A stretch of 64,000 nt of DNA from Octopus vulgaris (GCA_951406725.2 OX597827.1:70184001-70248000), one strand, 5' to 3'. Positions 39,136-53,530 are shown, counted from the first letter of the stretch. Notes: a model not told the origin generated them from the sequence alone. Translations and numbers: made by a program.

Positions 39136-39343
39136 ATCTATCTATCTATTTTTCCTTTTTTTTTTTTTCTTTCCCTTTTACGATCCCTTTTGATTGAAAA
39201 CCTTTCCCACTTTTTTTTTCTCTCTCCCCAAAAAGAAAAGCTCTACTTTGTAATCTGTCCCGTCTGTGTGCAGCCCTGTGTGGCAAATAAAGAAACATAT
39301 CTATCTACCTAGAGATTTTACTATCTATCTGTCTATCTATAGA

Positions 39344-39390
<47 letters not shown>

Positions 39391-40114
39391 GTAAATACCA
39401 CAAAAACATTTAGTTTAACACTGCAAACTATACCAACCCATTACTATGTTTATACGGAACAACTGATATTCTTTATAATCAATGTGATTATAATGGAACA
39501 GAGATAAATAGCCATTCATTTGAGAAGTTTGCAGTCTAGTTTTTGGTTTCTGGTTATGAATGACCTTTGGAAAATGAATGAATGTTTCATTGTTTCATAT
39601 CCATTCTCCCATGAATTGGAAGTTGTTATTGTTTAGCCCCATACCAATCCTGATTGAGTAGACATATGATCAAAAGTCTTCCAACTGTGACCATCCTGTC
39701 TTTCAAATGCTATTTAGAACTACATTATGTAATGTGCTTTCTTCTTTTCATTAGACAGTAGCTTGTGATTTGAGGAAGCTTTAACTGCTATTTCTAGTTG
39801 TGTGAGTCACTGTGTGGAAGTCCTCTCGCTTCTGTGTGATAATCTTTATATGGGGTGAAAGCAGTGAGCTGGCAGAACCATTAGCATGCTAGGCAAATGC
39901 TGGGCGGCATTTCATCCGTTTTTGCTTTCTGAGTTAAAATTCTGTTGAGGGCAACTTTACTTTTCACCCTTTTGAGGTCAACTAAATAAGTACCAGTTGA
40001 ACTCTGGGGTCAATGTAATCGCTTACCCCCCCCCCCCGCACTCTAAACATCGCTGGTCCTACACCAAAATTTGAAACCAATGTTTCACTGTATGTGATGT
40101 GCACTGTAGTTTGG

Positions 40115-40340
40115 TACTCTCTTTTACTCTTTTACTTGTTTCAGTCATTTGACTGTGGCCATGCTGGAGCACCACCTTTAGTCAAGCAAATCGGCCCCAG
40201 GACTTATTCTTTGTAAGCCTAGTACTTATTCTATTGGTCTCTTTTGCCAAACCGCTAAGTTACGGGGACGTAAACACACCAGCATCGGTTGTCAAGCGAT
40301 GTTGGGGGGAACAAACACAGACACACAAACATACACACAC

Positions 40341-40391
<51 letters not shown>

Positions 40392-40547
40392 CATACATAT
40401 ATGACTTCTTTCAGTTTCTGTCTACCAAATCCACTCACAAGGCTTTGGTCGGGCTGAGGCTATAGTAGAAGACACTTGTCCAAGGTGCCACCTGGAACCA
40501 TGTTGTTGGTAAGCAAGCTACTTACCACACAGCCACTCCTACGCCTA
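40115..40547 (-). mobile_element. Family A SINE
   Basis: Reverse complement of 27428-27826. Confidence 0.9.
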
Positions 40548-41182
40548 TAGTAAATTTTTGACGAACCAAATTCTCAATTTGGTTTCATATTCCAGCAGGT
40601 GCCAGCTTACTTCACTGACATTGATAACGACCGTGTGGAGACATAAACGTCAGGTTTCTAGTCAAGTAACTTTGTAGAAGCTTCCTTGTTTATTCGTAAG
40701 GAAACGAATAAATCATTGGTTGTGATGATAACAATGATTATGACTGATTATGATCACGATACTTTCTACACATGTCATATACACACGATATTAGAAAAAT
40801 TATAAGAAACACTATCCCATATCTAACTTCCTACATCAGTTTAATGGGCGACTTGAGTCATGTGTTGGCAGAGGGTTTAGGCACTGTACGTGGTGAAGTA
40901 AGGGGTAGAATATATGTTTAAGTAGGTGGAGCTGACCGGTTGATCGACTTTTGTATTTGCTTTTTTTTTTTTTTTTGTAGGAGTGTTTGCCATGTAAGAG
41001 GATGGCAATGGAGTTTTATGGCTAAATAGTCATAATACAAATGCGTAATTTGTTTGGTAGCTTTATTTTTATTGCATGCTTTCACTGCTCTCTTATGTAC
41101 AGTGTTTTGCTTTTATAATGCTTCTGAGATCTTTTGTTATTTTTCTGTTGTGTTGAGAATATATGAAATATTAATATCCTGG

Positions 41183-41274
<92 letters not shown>

Positions 41275-41318
41275 TCATATATACACACACACACACAATC
41301 ACACTCAAGAAACTAAAT

Positions 41319-41748
41319 AGGCACAGGAGTGGCTGTGTGATAAGTAGCTTGCTTACCAACTACATGGTTCCGGGTTCAGTCCCACTGTGTGGCACCTTGG
41401 GCTAGTGTCTTCTATTATAGCCTTGGGCCGACCAAAGCCTTGTGAGTGGATTTGGTAGACGGAAAATGAAAGAAGCCCATTGTATACATGTATATATGTG
41501 TAAATGTGTGTGTGTGTGTGTGTGTGTATATCTGTGTTTGTGTGTCTGTTTGTCCCGCCCCCCAAATCACTTGACAACTGATGCTGGTGTGTTTATGTCC
41601 CCGTAACTTAGTGGTTCGGCAAAAGAGACCGATACAATAAATACTAGGCTTATAAAGAATAAGTCATGGGGTCGATTTCTTCGACTAAAGGCAGTGCTCC
41701 AGCATGGCCGCAGTCAAATGACTGAAACAAGTAAAAGAGTAAAGAGTA
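41319..41748 (+). mobile_element. Family A SINE; further plus copies at about 43712-44092, 44335-44882, 47623-47961, 50007-50430, 51203-51370, 54406-54790, 56703-57110 and a minus copy at 58603-59030
   Basis: High similarity to 27428-27826. Confidence 0.9.
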
Positions 41749-41814
41749 ATCTTTTCCCCATCAATAAACCTCATAATGTATGAATGCATGTAAAGTCAAA
41801 TATCTTTCTCAGTG

Positions 41815-42135
41815 AAGGCAAATGGCTTAGTGGTTAGCGTATTTGGCCCACAGTCATAAGATCATGCGTTCAATCCCTACCAGCATGTTGTGTCCTTGAA
41901 CTAAACGTTTTATTTTCTGTTGTTCCAGTTCACTCAGCTGGCAAAGATGTCTCGTACCTGTAGTTAGATGAGGCAGCCATGTCACATTACATTTGGTGTG
42001 TCACACTGAATCTACGCTAATTAGACGCATATCTGTGGAGTGCTCAGCCACTTGCACGTTAATTTCACAAGCTGGTTGTTCCATTCAATGGATCAACTGG
42101 AACACTTGTCATTATAACTGACAGAGTGTCCAGTC
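41815..42135 (+). mobile_element. Family C tRNA-derived SINE; relatives at 42400-42749(-), 56308-56430(+), 63816-64000(+)
   Basis: tggcttagtggttag A-box, gttcaatccc B-box, 'ttgtgtccttgagcaagacactttatttcac.ttgctccagt.cactcagctg' core. Confidence 0.75.
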
Positions 42136-42766
42136 AAGTACCTTTGTCACATATCTCTGAAAATTCATGGGAACATGCTAAACATATCATCATCATCATC
42201 TTCATTTTATGTTCATTTTCCATGTTGGCATTAGTTGGGAAGGCTTTACCATCAGTTGTGGCTTACATCATCTCGGATCCATGACAACAGAGAATACCAA
42301 CAAGTTTTATTGTTGTGTATGTCTTAGAGTGTGAACTGGATGAATGCATTGTAGCATGCAACCAGCAATAGAGATGTTGTCGATGCCAAAAGGACTAAAG
42401 AGTCCTCCTCCACTCTAAAGACCCCCTTTGGTCATGACTGATCGTGGGATTGCACCTAGAAAGTTCCCCTCTGAGGCACAAGTCGAGGCAAGGTTGTTTA
42501 TGGAAGACCTGCAGTCATCCATGCATACCAGTCTTCTCCCTCCATGCCACCCATGTTATTCCAAGGGAAAGGCAAAAGCTGATAAAGCTTGGCACCAGTG
42601 GTGTTACAACTCATTTCTACAGCTGAGTGAACTGGAGCAATGCAGAGTAAAGTGTCTTGCTCAAGAACACAACACACAGCTGGGTCTGGGAATTGAACTC
42701 ATTACCTCATGATTGAGCCCAATACTCTAACCACTGAGCCATGTGCCTTCTCTATATCAGTCCTTA

Positions 42767-42997
42767 GGTGGTGAGCTGGCAGAAACGTTAGCACGCCGGG
42801 CGAAATGTGTAGCCGTATTTCGTCTGCCGTTACGTTCTGAGTTCAAATTCCGCCGAGGTTGACTTTGCCTTTCATCCTTTCGGGGTCGATTAAATAAATA
42901 CCAGTTACGCACTGGGGTCAATGGAATCAACTTAATCGCTTTGTCTGTCCTTGTTTGTCCCCTCTGTGTTTAGCCCCTTGTGGGTAGTAAAGAAATA
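42767..42997 (+). mobile_element. Monomeric full-length family B SINE
   Basis: Head ggtggtgagctggcagaaacgttagc, tail aaagaaata, TSD tatatcagtc (42753-42762, 42998-43007). Confidence 0.9.
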
Positions 42998-43847
42998 TAT
43001 ATCAGTCTTTATTCCAAGTTATGGCTAATCCAGTTAGTTAACCTGCAATGTAGCTTGTCGAGTCCACTTCTTACTCATACTTCTACTATTTTTGTTTGTT
43101 TATTATGGTTTCTGCAGCTGCCCTTCCTAATGTGAATCACTGTATTTGATCATCATCACTTTACAAGTGTGTGGTTTCCGGTTTTGTCCCATGGCACAAT
43201 ACATTGAGCAAGTATCTTCTACTTATAGCCCAGTGCTGACCAACGCCTTGTGAGTCAATTTCGATGAACGATCATTTTGTGAAAGCTCATCGTGTATAAA
43301 TGAGTGTGTGTCTTTGTGTCTGTATTTGTTTCCCACTCCCATACTCCACCCCAGCCTCACCCTCAACAACCGGTGCTGATTTGTTTACATCCTTTATAAC
43401 TTAATAGTTTGGCAAAAAAAGACCAATAGAATAAATGTCAGACTAATAAAAAAAAAAAAAGAATAATAAAAATAAATACTGAGATTTATCTGACTAAAAC
43501 CCTCTAAGGCAGAGCCCCAGCATGGCTGTTCAGCCCAATGACTGTAACAAATAAAAGATAGAAGATAAGCAATGAATTGAGAAAATTTTGACTGCTATTT
43601 CTAGCATGTTGAGTGACTATGTGAAAGTTCACTCATTAGCTCAATTTCATTTAACTTTCCAAATAATATAGAATTCAAAACAGTTAAGTAAAATAATTAG
43701 CTTTTTATTTATTTGTGGCTTCCCAACCACATGGTTCCAGGTTCAGTCCCACTGCATGGCACTTGGGCATCTTCTGCTATAAACTTTGACCAACCAAAGC
43801 ATTGTGAGTGGATTTGAGACAAAAACTGAAAGAAGTCTGTAATTCAT

Positions 43848-43884
<37 letters not shown>

Positions 43885-44615
43885 TGTGTGTCCCACCACC
43901 ATTTGACAACCAGTGTTGGTGTGTTTACATTCCTGTAATTTAGCTGTTCAGTAAAGAAAACTTATGAAATAAGTACCAGGCTTTAATAAAAGAAGTGCTG
44001 GGATTGGTTTGTTCGACTAAAACATTTCAAGGCAGTGCCCCAGCATGGCCACAGTCTAATGACTGAAACAAGTAAAAGATAAAAGATAAAAGTTTGATTT
44101 TTGGTTGTTGGTTAGCTCCCAAGTCAGCCAAATCCAGGTAAAAAAAGAGTCACAGTAATAAAGTCATGGGGAAAAAAGTCTCAGAGGTGGGGTTTTGTCT
44201 GAGGAGGTTTTGTCCTGGGGCTTTTGTCCGGATCCCATAAATTAATTGTGACATTTTTCCCTAGCCAAAATTGTGACTTTTTTCCTGGTCACCAGTCAAC
44301 TTTGGCTGAGCAGACTTATGATCAAAGGTGTTCCAACTCTGATTTGGTATACAGAAACTGAAAGAAGCTCGTTGTATATATGTATATATATATATCATCA
44401 TCATCATCATCATCGTTTAACGTCCGCTTTCCATGCTAGCATGGGTTGGACGGTTCAACTGCGGTCTGGGGAGCCCGAAGGCTGCACCAGGCCCAGTCAG
44501 ATCTGGCAGTGTTTCTACAGCTGGATGCCCTTCCTAACACCAACCACTCCGAGAGTGTAGTGGGTGATTTTATGTGCCACCGACACAGGTGCCAGACGAG
44601 GCTGGCGAACGGCCA

Positions 44616-44668
<53 letters not shown>

Positions 44669-45341
44669 GCGTATATATGTTTGTGTATCTGCATTTATCC
44701 CCCCAACATCGCTTGACAACCGATGCTGGTGTGTTTACGTCTACATAACTTAGCGGTTCGGCAAAAGAGACTGATAGAATAAGTACTAGGTTTACAAAGA
44801 ATAAGCCCTGGGGTCGATTTGTTTGACTAAAGATGGTACTCCAGCATGGCCACAGTCAAATGACTGAAACAAATAAAAGAATACTGAAAATATGCAGTCA
44901 ATATTATTTATGTAGTAATGAAATTTCTACTGCGATCAAAACACAACTGGTTTCAGACTAGTTTATAGCACAGATGAGCCACTATAAAAAGAGGTTTAAA
45001 GCTGTTTAACGTGCACACACACACACACACGCACACACATATATCTGATAAGATACAATAACATGTATCCACTTCATTATATTTGTATAATTGTTTACTT
45101 GCATTTGTACATGTTGAGAAACTAAGTGTGCGTACATACATTTGAATACATGTATGTATACATGTGTTTGTGTGTGCATGTTTGCTTGTTTGTGTGTGCG
45201 CGTGTGTGCATGTGCGTGGGTGTGTGTGTTTGTGTGTGTGCATATGTGTGTGTGTATGTGTGTGTGTGCATTTAACTTGAACACAATCTTGTCTTCAATA
45301 TATCATGTTTGGAAGAAAAGCTGTTTTCTACATGCACATGA

Positions 45342-45381
<40 letters not shown>

Positions 45382-45455
45382 GTGTGTGTGTGTATGTATA
45401 TATATATATATGTGTATATATATATGTATGTGTATATATAGATATATGTATGTAT

Positions 45456-45489
<34 letters not shown>

Positions 45490-45498
45490 ATATATACA

Positions 45499-45539
<41 letters not shown>

Positions 45540-45744
45540 ATAAATACATACATATATATATGTGTACATATACATAAATATATATGTATTTATACATACA
45601 TACATACATACATACATACGTGCACATATGTGTGTGTGTGGGTGTAAAATAGGTCAGACCATCCTCTTTGAGTCATAGATGCTATTGATTTGCAGGTGAC
45701 AAACATTCATAAAATCAAAGAAGAGTTTTCCCTTTTGCCTGTAG

Positions 45745-45816
45745 GTTTATTCCTTTGTAAACCGGTGTGTTGTCACCGAATGAAACGAATTTCTTCTTGT
45801 ATTTCGTGTTTCAAAG
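45745..45816 (+). other. Candidate 72-nt phase 1-1 exon (LFLCKPVCCHRMKRISSCISCFK)
   Basis: Acceptor ttttcccttttgcctgtag, weak donor AAG/gttatt, open frame, unique sequence retaining four CpGs; no homology recognised. Confidence 0.2.
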
Positions 45817-46696
45817 GTTATTTGACTATTTAGACCTCTTAATCTAATAATGCATATAGGAAAAAGGGGGGGAAAAAAAAGAATTTTTTTTTTTTAACAT
45901 CACTGTTACAACCATTGCAACCAGTCATCATTCGTGATCACTACAACCACCGCATCAATCATCAGCATCACTATAACCACTGTATCTACTACCATCATCA
46001 TCATCATCATCGTCATCTTTACATTTCCATCGTTGTTATCATCGTCATCGACATCACCATTACCATCATCATCATTATCAGCATCATCTTTGCCACCAGC
46101 ACCTCTACCACTGCCATCTTTGTCATGATCACCATCACCACCTTCATCATCATTATAAACACCACCATCGACTCCACCATCAACCACCACTACCACCACC
46201 ACCATCACCACCATCATCATTATTATCATCACCACCACCACAACTGTCATTATTATCATCATCTCCACCAACACTTCCACCACTAGCATTATCATCATCA
46301 ACACCACCACCATCAACACTACCACCAACACCACCACCACCATCAACATCATCATTTTATTTAAAGTGTGTGTGTGTGTGTTTCCATGCTGTCATAGAAT
46401 ACAAAGGTCTGCCTTGCTACAGTTATCACAGCAGTTGTGCTGAGGCTGGTGTCGGGGTTGATGATGTGGTAAGCAACTGCTTCTAGAATAATTTATAAAA
46501 TATTGTTTAGTATCTAAAACTTCTGAGATCTAATCCTAGCAGACTAACTTGTTTTGGCTCTCGCAACTTGATAAGAAAACGATGATGATGATGATGATGA
46601 TGACAATGATGATGACGATGATGATGATGATGACAATGATGATGACGATGATGATAACGATGATGATGATGATGCGGAGGAGGAGGAGGAGGAGGA

Positions 46697-47250
46697 ATGC
46701 CCTGATGCAGTACCAAGCAGTGGCTCTCATGGCTTCTGATCTTAACTGATTGCAAGTGTTATGTACATTGTTTTGTCTTGGTATAAAAGATGGGCTACAG
46801 CAAATATTCTGCTCAATACCACAGATTTGCTTGTCAGTTGTTTGACCTTAACCAGTTGAGCATGTCCCTTAGTGGCTGACGAAATGTGCATCTCTGATCA
46901 CGAGCAGAAGTAGTGGGGGAGCATCATAGCCATGTATGATTTAGCTCTGGAAACATGAGTGTTTCGTTCAACATCCTTAAACAACCCTTATTCAGGGACC
47001 TTTTGAGCGGGATGGGTTACTCGACCAGAAGAAAATTCTAACTGGGCCCCACCTGCAAGGTCATGTACTGTTTATCTTGATATGAGATCACCATGTCGCG
47101 CACATATGGTTGTGATGCATGTGCCTAGTTTACCCTTATCAGACGGGTAGTCATGATGGGTATACTGGGCTTCATATATTTTACCCCAGTGTCACTTTGA
47201 TGGCATGCACTGCTCTCTCATTCAATAATAATAATAATAATAATAATAAT
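46697..47250 (+). mobile_element. Interspersed retroelement 3' end with (AAT)n tail; partial inverted copy at about 25120-25290
   Basis: 'gaagaaaattctaactgggcccca.ctgcaaggtcatg...ccttatcaga.ggg' present in both places. Confidence 0.7.
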
Positions 47251-47999
47251 GGTTTCAAATTTTGACATAAGGGCAACAATTTTGGGGGAGGGGATGAATC
47301 AGTTAAATCAACCCTGTATATATACATGCACACACACATACATACACACACAAATATATCTGTATGTTTATGTATGCATATATGTCTGCATGTGGATGCA
47401 GGTTTGCTTGTGTCTCCTTGGCTTTTCATTGTGCAGTAGTTGTAAATGAGTGTCACCATCATACAAGCAGTGTCCTTCTCTGGTGGTGGTGGTGCAATGA
47501 TAATGATGATGAATTTTATTTTCCAAACAAAAACACAGCAACTAGTTAATGGCTTTACTTTCAAAAAATTTAATTATGACTGGATAACTAAATGCTCAAA
47601 AATAGAGCTACAAAATGTTATCAGGCACAGGAGTGTCTGTGTGGTAAGTAGCTTGTTTACAAACCACATGGTTCCGGGTTTAGTCCCACTGCGTAGCACC
47701 TTGGGCTAGTGTCTTCTACTATAGCCTCGGGCCGACCAAAGCCTTGTGAGTGGATTTGTTAGTCGGAAACTGAAAGAAACCCACCGTATATATATATGTA
47801 TATATATGAGTATGTGTTTGTGTGTCTGTTCGGCAAAAGAGACTGATAGAATAAGTACTAGGCTTACAAAGAATAAGTCCTGGGGGCAATTTGCTCGACT
47901 AAAGGCGATGCTCCAACATGGCCACAGTCAAATGACTGAAACAAGTAAAAGAGTAAAAAGAGAGACTATTGAGTGCCCAACATATCTTATGCTGTAAAC

Positions 48000-48588
48000 C
48001 AGTGGTTCTCAACTGGGGTCCATACAGCACCTGATGGTCCATATAAGATTTTTTGGGGCCCACACAACAAAATAGTAAATTGAGGATCCATAATAGTATT
48101 TTAATGACCTATGGAAAAATTTTTCTTAAGACGTATGTATTGGTATATATTGTAAGAAACAGCCAGGTTTCTTTCTTTAACATTTTACATAGTTCAACCT
48201 ACATATGTTGATGTGTGACAAACAAAATAGGAATTTTGAAAGGTGGCACGTAAAAAGCACCATCTGATCGTGGCCGTTGCCAGCCTCGTCTGGCACGTAA
48301 AAAGCACCCACTACACTCATGGAGTGGTTGGAAGTTAGGAAGGGCATCCAGCCATAGAAACATTGCCAGATCAGAGTGGAGCCTGGTGCAGCCTCTTGGA
48401 TTCCCAGACCCCAGTTGAACCGTCCAACCCATGCCAGCATGGAAAGCGGACGCTAAACGATGATGATGATGATGATGATGAAGTTTCTATAAAACTAGTT
48501 TTTGAACATTGAATGGTTCTGGGAATCCACTAAAATAAAATAGAACCAGAGGGCTCCATATATAAAAGAAATGGTGGCGAACCCTTGC
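48000..48588 (+). mobile_element. hAT-like MITE interrupted by a (GAT)n-tailed element; inverted relative at 56582-57226 interrupted by a family A SINE
   Basis: cagtggttctcaac start and shared 'ggtccatat' and 'ttttgaa.attgaatgg' blocks. Confidence 0.6.
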
Positions 48589-51374
48589 TTTTGGAAATGG
48601 AAGAGAATGTCAAAGAAGATAGTATGATGGGTAGTGTGAGTGGCTTCCGCAGCAGTGATAGTTGAAGCATGATGATGATGATGGTGGTGGTGGCGGCGGC
48701 GGCGGCGGTGGTGGTTTTGCTGTGAGCTAGTGATGATAATAAATTCCTCAGAAGAATCGTTATGGGACATATCTTTTTGATTAGATTACTACAAGTGACA
48801 GGTTTCTTAATTAGGCTTCATTAAATCGTTGTACATCTTCATTACGAGTTGCCTGGAGAAAACAACCTGGAAATCAGCAGTTTGGTGTCCTTCCCACTCG
48901 ACCATCACCCACGGTACCTCCTGTGTTAATAACTTCCCTTTAATTACCTCAAGCTTCACAATTAATATGTACAAATACAGTAAGAAGCTGCTTTCGTGTC
49001 TATCCCAAGGCTGTATACATTGTTATTGACTCTATTCTCATCATTGCAACTGGGTCCTAACTGAGTTAACCCTTTCGTTACTGCATTTATTTTGAGATGC
49101 TCTGTGTTTCTTTCAATTATTTTAAATATTACAAAGAATTTAGTAAAATAACTTGGTTATCATTAAGCTAGTGTTAGGAACATAAATTGTGACATAAAGG
49201 TTTGGTGAAAGATTTTAATTCAAAACTTATGAAAACAAGACATTTGTACTGAGAGCCAGAGCCGGTTTCAGCTGGGTTGGTATCAAAAGGGTTTTAAGAG
49301 AATTCTTTTCATTGAGAAAATATTGTTAAAAATCATCTGTTACCAATGAATGATATGAGGAGCATGGATAACAAAAACAATACTGGTTTTGTAACGCATG
49401 GTACAGTCAGAGGTTACTGAGAAATTATAGATTCATCCTGTCTCATGACTAGAATGTATAGAAAGAAGGAAACAATGATAAATGATTTGATCATTTTGAT
49501 AAGATAAGTAAGCGTTTTTTACCCACCAAGGCCATTAGACTACATCTCTGTAGTACAATGTAACCGATAAGCATTAACACAAAAAACACATACATATACA
49601 TATACATGCATGCACATGTACGCATGCATTCATGTACATTCTCATATTCACACACACATGGGCATATTCACATTCACATGCTCACAATCACTCTCTCTCT
49701 CTCTCTCGCTCCTGCTCATATACACAAATACACACATTCATGTGCTCACATTCTCACACACACAGAGGTACACGTAGAGTCTTTCTCCACCCCCTTTTAC
49801 TCTCCTCCTTAACTCTCTTTTCTCCTCCTCCTCCTCCTCCTACCCCCCCCCCGCTCTTTCTTATTTGAACATACAAAGTACAGATGAGGTAATGGATACT
49901 CATGGTTGTAGTCAAACACTACACTTGATACATGCCTCTTAATATTTCCAGCTCCTACACTGCCTCAGCCTTTAATTTCTCAAACATTGTTAAAAATTAA
50001 TATATAGGCGCAAGGCTGTGTGGTAAGTAGCTTGCTTACCAAGCACGTGGTTCCAGGTTCAGTCCCACTGTGTGGCACCTTGGACAAGTGTCTTCTACTA
50101 TAGCCTCGGGCCAACCAAAGCTTTGTTAGTGGATTTGGTAGACGGAAACTGAAAGAAGCCCATCGTATATGTGTGTATATATATATGTATGTATGTATGA
50201 ATGTATGTGTATATATGTTTGTGTGTCTGTGTTTGTCCCCCCAACATCGCTTGACTACCGATGCTGGTGTGTTTATGTCCCCATAACTTAGCAGTTCGAC
50301 AAAAGAGAATGACAGAATAAGTACTAGGATTACAATAACTAAGTCCTAGGGTCGATTTGTTCGACTATAGGTGGTGCTCCAGCATGGCCTCAGTCAAATA
50401 ACTGAAACAAGTAAAAGAATAAAAGAAAGAATAATATATTATCTTGGACCCATGGTGGTATGATATTTACTGGTGGAATATGATGCATTGACCTTGAATC
50501 TTATTAGGCACACCTTGCATCTAACACACACACACACACACACACATATTATGTTAGTTATTTTCCAAACACCAATTTAATAATTAAAAAAGAAGTTAGC
50601 TATTTTATTAAACCTTCCAAATTCTTAGTTATTTTCAAAATTACTCAAAACCTCTTAGTGATGCGTTTCACAAGACACAGGGTCACGAATGGGTTAAAAT
50701 CAGACCACTATTTCATATGAAGTAAAGTGCAATTCTTGTCTTTTTAGATGGGAAAACAATACAAACAAGGAAAACTATGAAAGATATGTAAAGAGAATGT
50801 TTTAGGATTAAAACATTTAGATTTTTAAAAAACGCTGAAGCTGAAGAAATAATGAGATACTTAAATTCAACCTTTTCTAAATGAATAATAATAATAATAA
50901 CAATAATAATGATAATGATAACAGATTGCCAAGGAAGGTAGCTTTTTATTATTATTTTATTTTGAAATGTTTTAGATCTCTGATTACTGGCTGAAAGTTC
51001 AACAGTTCAAATTCTGAAAATTATATAAAATTTTACCATGATCAAGGTATATCATTCTACAAGCATATCATAAAATTATTTCCTACTTAATTTTGCATGT
51101 CTGTTGTTAACATTGCAAAGAATAATCTTAGTTTCAATATTCCATACACATAGTAGGACTTCTCAAATATAGCTTGCATGAATTTCGAAAAAATATAGAA
51201 TAGGCGCAGGCATGGCTGTGTGGTAAGAGGCTTGCTTCCCAACCACATGGTTCAAGGTTCAATCCCACTGCATGGCACCTTGGGCAAGTGTCTTCCACTA
51301 TAGCCTCGGGCCAACCAAAACCTTGTCAGTGGATTTGGTAGATGGAAACTGAAAGAAGCCTGTCATATATAATG

Positions 51375-52640
51375 GTACCAGGTAGCCAGAAGGTAGGCTG
51401 GGCAGCAGGTATACATCGCCAAGAGCGAAGCGGAAAAGAAGAAGTTTGTCCAGAGATGTGAAGACCAAAGAACTGAGGTATTTCGGATTGCAAAACAATG
51501 TATGAGAGAAAATTGTGATGTCACAGAAGAGAAATGTGTCTGCATGGATGATGGTGCACTTGCTTTTAATGATTCTGCAAAGAAAGAGGCTTGGAGAAGC
51601 CATTATGAAAGACTGTTGAATGTGGAGAATGAATGGGAGGAGAGCCTGCCAAATGTTGACCCAGTAGAGGGACCAGCTATCCCAATAGACAGCTCCCTAG
51701 TAGATAAAGCAATTAAGGGTATGAAGCCAGGAAAAGCCCCTGGCCCATCAGGAATCACTGCTGAGATGCTTAAAGCATCTGGTGGTGTGGGCTATGGCCT
51801 AGTCATCCGCATTGTAAACCAGCTAATACATAACAGAGTCATACCCAATGACTGGCATAGCAGCACCATAGTCAACTGCTACAAGTGATGCTCTTGATAG
51901 AAATAACTACAGGGGTATTAAACTGCTGGATCAGGATGAAGGTCACGGAGGGGGTCATAGTCCATCTCATTAGGGAGAGAGTCTGCTTAGATGAGATGCA
52001 GTCCGGTTTTGTTCCTGGTAGAAGAACCACTGATGCCATATTCCTGGTTCGACAACTGCAGGAGAAATACCTAGCTAAAGATAAACCCCTCTACTTAGCT
52101 TTTGTGGACTTGGAGAAAGCCTTTGACAGGGTCCCCCGATCCCTTATCTGGTGGGCAATGCGGAAACTGGAGATTGACAAATGGTTGATAAGGGCTGTAC
52201 AGAGCCTATACAGAGAGGCCGTTAGTAAGGTTAGGACTGGCAACGAGTATAGTGAAGAATTCCAGGTAGAAGTAGGGGTCCACCAAGGTTCAGCTTTTAG
52301 TCCCCTTCTATTCATCATAGTCCTCCAGGCAATATCAGAGGAATTCAAGATGGGTTGCCCCTGGGAGCGCCTCTGTGCTGATGACCTGGCCCTCATAGCT
52401 GAATCACTACCGGATCTAGAAAAGAAATTTCGGGTGTGGAAGCTAGGTTTAGAATCAAAAGGCCTTAGAGTAAATGTAGCAAAGACCAAAGTTATAGTAA
52501 GCAGAAAGGTGAACTCAGCACACACACACCCTCAGGTAGGTAGCCCTGCTCGATCTGTAGAAAAGGTATAGGTAGAAACTCCTCCATAAAATATACCCAG
52601 TGTAAGCTATGGACGTATAAGAGGTGCAGCAACATCAAAG
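51375..52640 (+). pseudogene. RTE-clade LINE ORF2 fragment (reverse transcriptase plus PHD-like finger)
   Basis: KAPGPSGITAEMLK; QSGFVPGRRTTDAIF; AFVDLEKAFDRVPR; GVHQGSAFSPLLF; CADDL (YADD mutated); PCSICRKG.G.NS...TQCKLW..KRC; frameshifts. Confidence 0.92.
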
Positions 52641-53187
52641 AACGACCCTTCATCAATTGTCAGCTGTCTATCTACTCCTCATTTCGAGCATTCTATGGCA
52701 ATATGAGTCTTCTAAGACAATTGCTTCTATAACTTTCAAAATGAATTTTGGATTTTATGAAGAGTCAAAGTTGGGAACAAAAACAGGACAGTGGAGACAT
52801 ACAAGGAAACTGAACGAAAACAAACATGGAGGGTCTTCTTCCAGCGTTCACTATTTTCCCCCTCGTTCTGGTCTAACAATCCTCCATGTTTGTTTCCATT
52901 CGGTTTCCCTGTATGTCTCCACTCACCTGCTTTTGTTTCCAACTTTGACCCTCCATAAAGTCCAAAATTTATTTTGGAAGTTATGGAAGCAACTGTCTTC
53001 GAAGACTCATATTGTCGATCAAATGCTCGAAATGAAGAATAGATAGACAGTCGACAACTGATGAAGGGTTGTTCTTTGTGTTACTTGTCCTGTTTTCAAT
53101 TATTTCTCTCGTTGTTTGTTTATTTAACTCAGTTGTTGTCGTACTTCATGTTGTTTACAGTTGGTAACATCCTGTACCCATATATGC

Positions 53188-53231
<44 letters not shown>

Positions 53232-53525
53232 TATGGAAAAGAATGCATGGCATTCGATCATAAAATTATATAAATAATATATAAATATATGCATATATAC
53301 ATACATATATGTACATACCTACATCTATATGTATATATACATGCATATATGGGTACAGGACATCAAAACAATGTTGAACATTTCGTTTCTCATTGTGTTC
53401 AACATTTTTTTGATGTCCTGTACCCATATATGCATGTATATATACATATAGTTGTAGGTATGTACATGCATATATGTATATATGCATGTATGTATATATA
53501 TATATTTATATATTATTTATATTAT

Positions 53526-53530
<5 letters not shown>
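52631..53530. mobile_element. Four alternating-orientation pieces of a Penelope-like terminal repeat forming two palindromes
   Basis: 52631-52832 vs 52881-53082, and about 53265-53380 vs 53396-53530, are reverse complements; same family as 20525-21050. Confidence 0.75.

Noticed and set aside
48874-48925. Minus-strand VGDGRVGRT resembling a small-GTPase P-loop
   Set aside because: Invariant Lys is Arg, no hydrophobic strand before it, stop four codons later, no convincing splice sites
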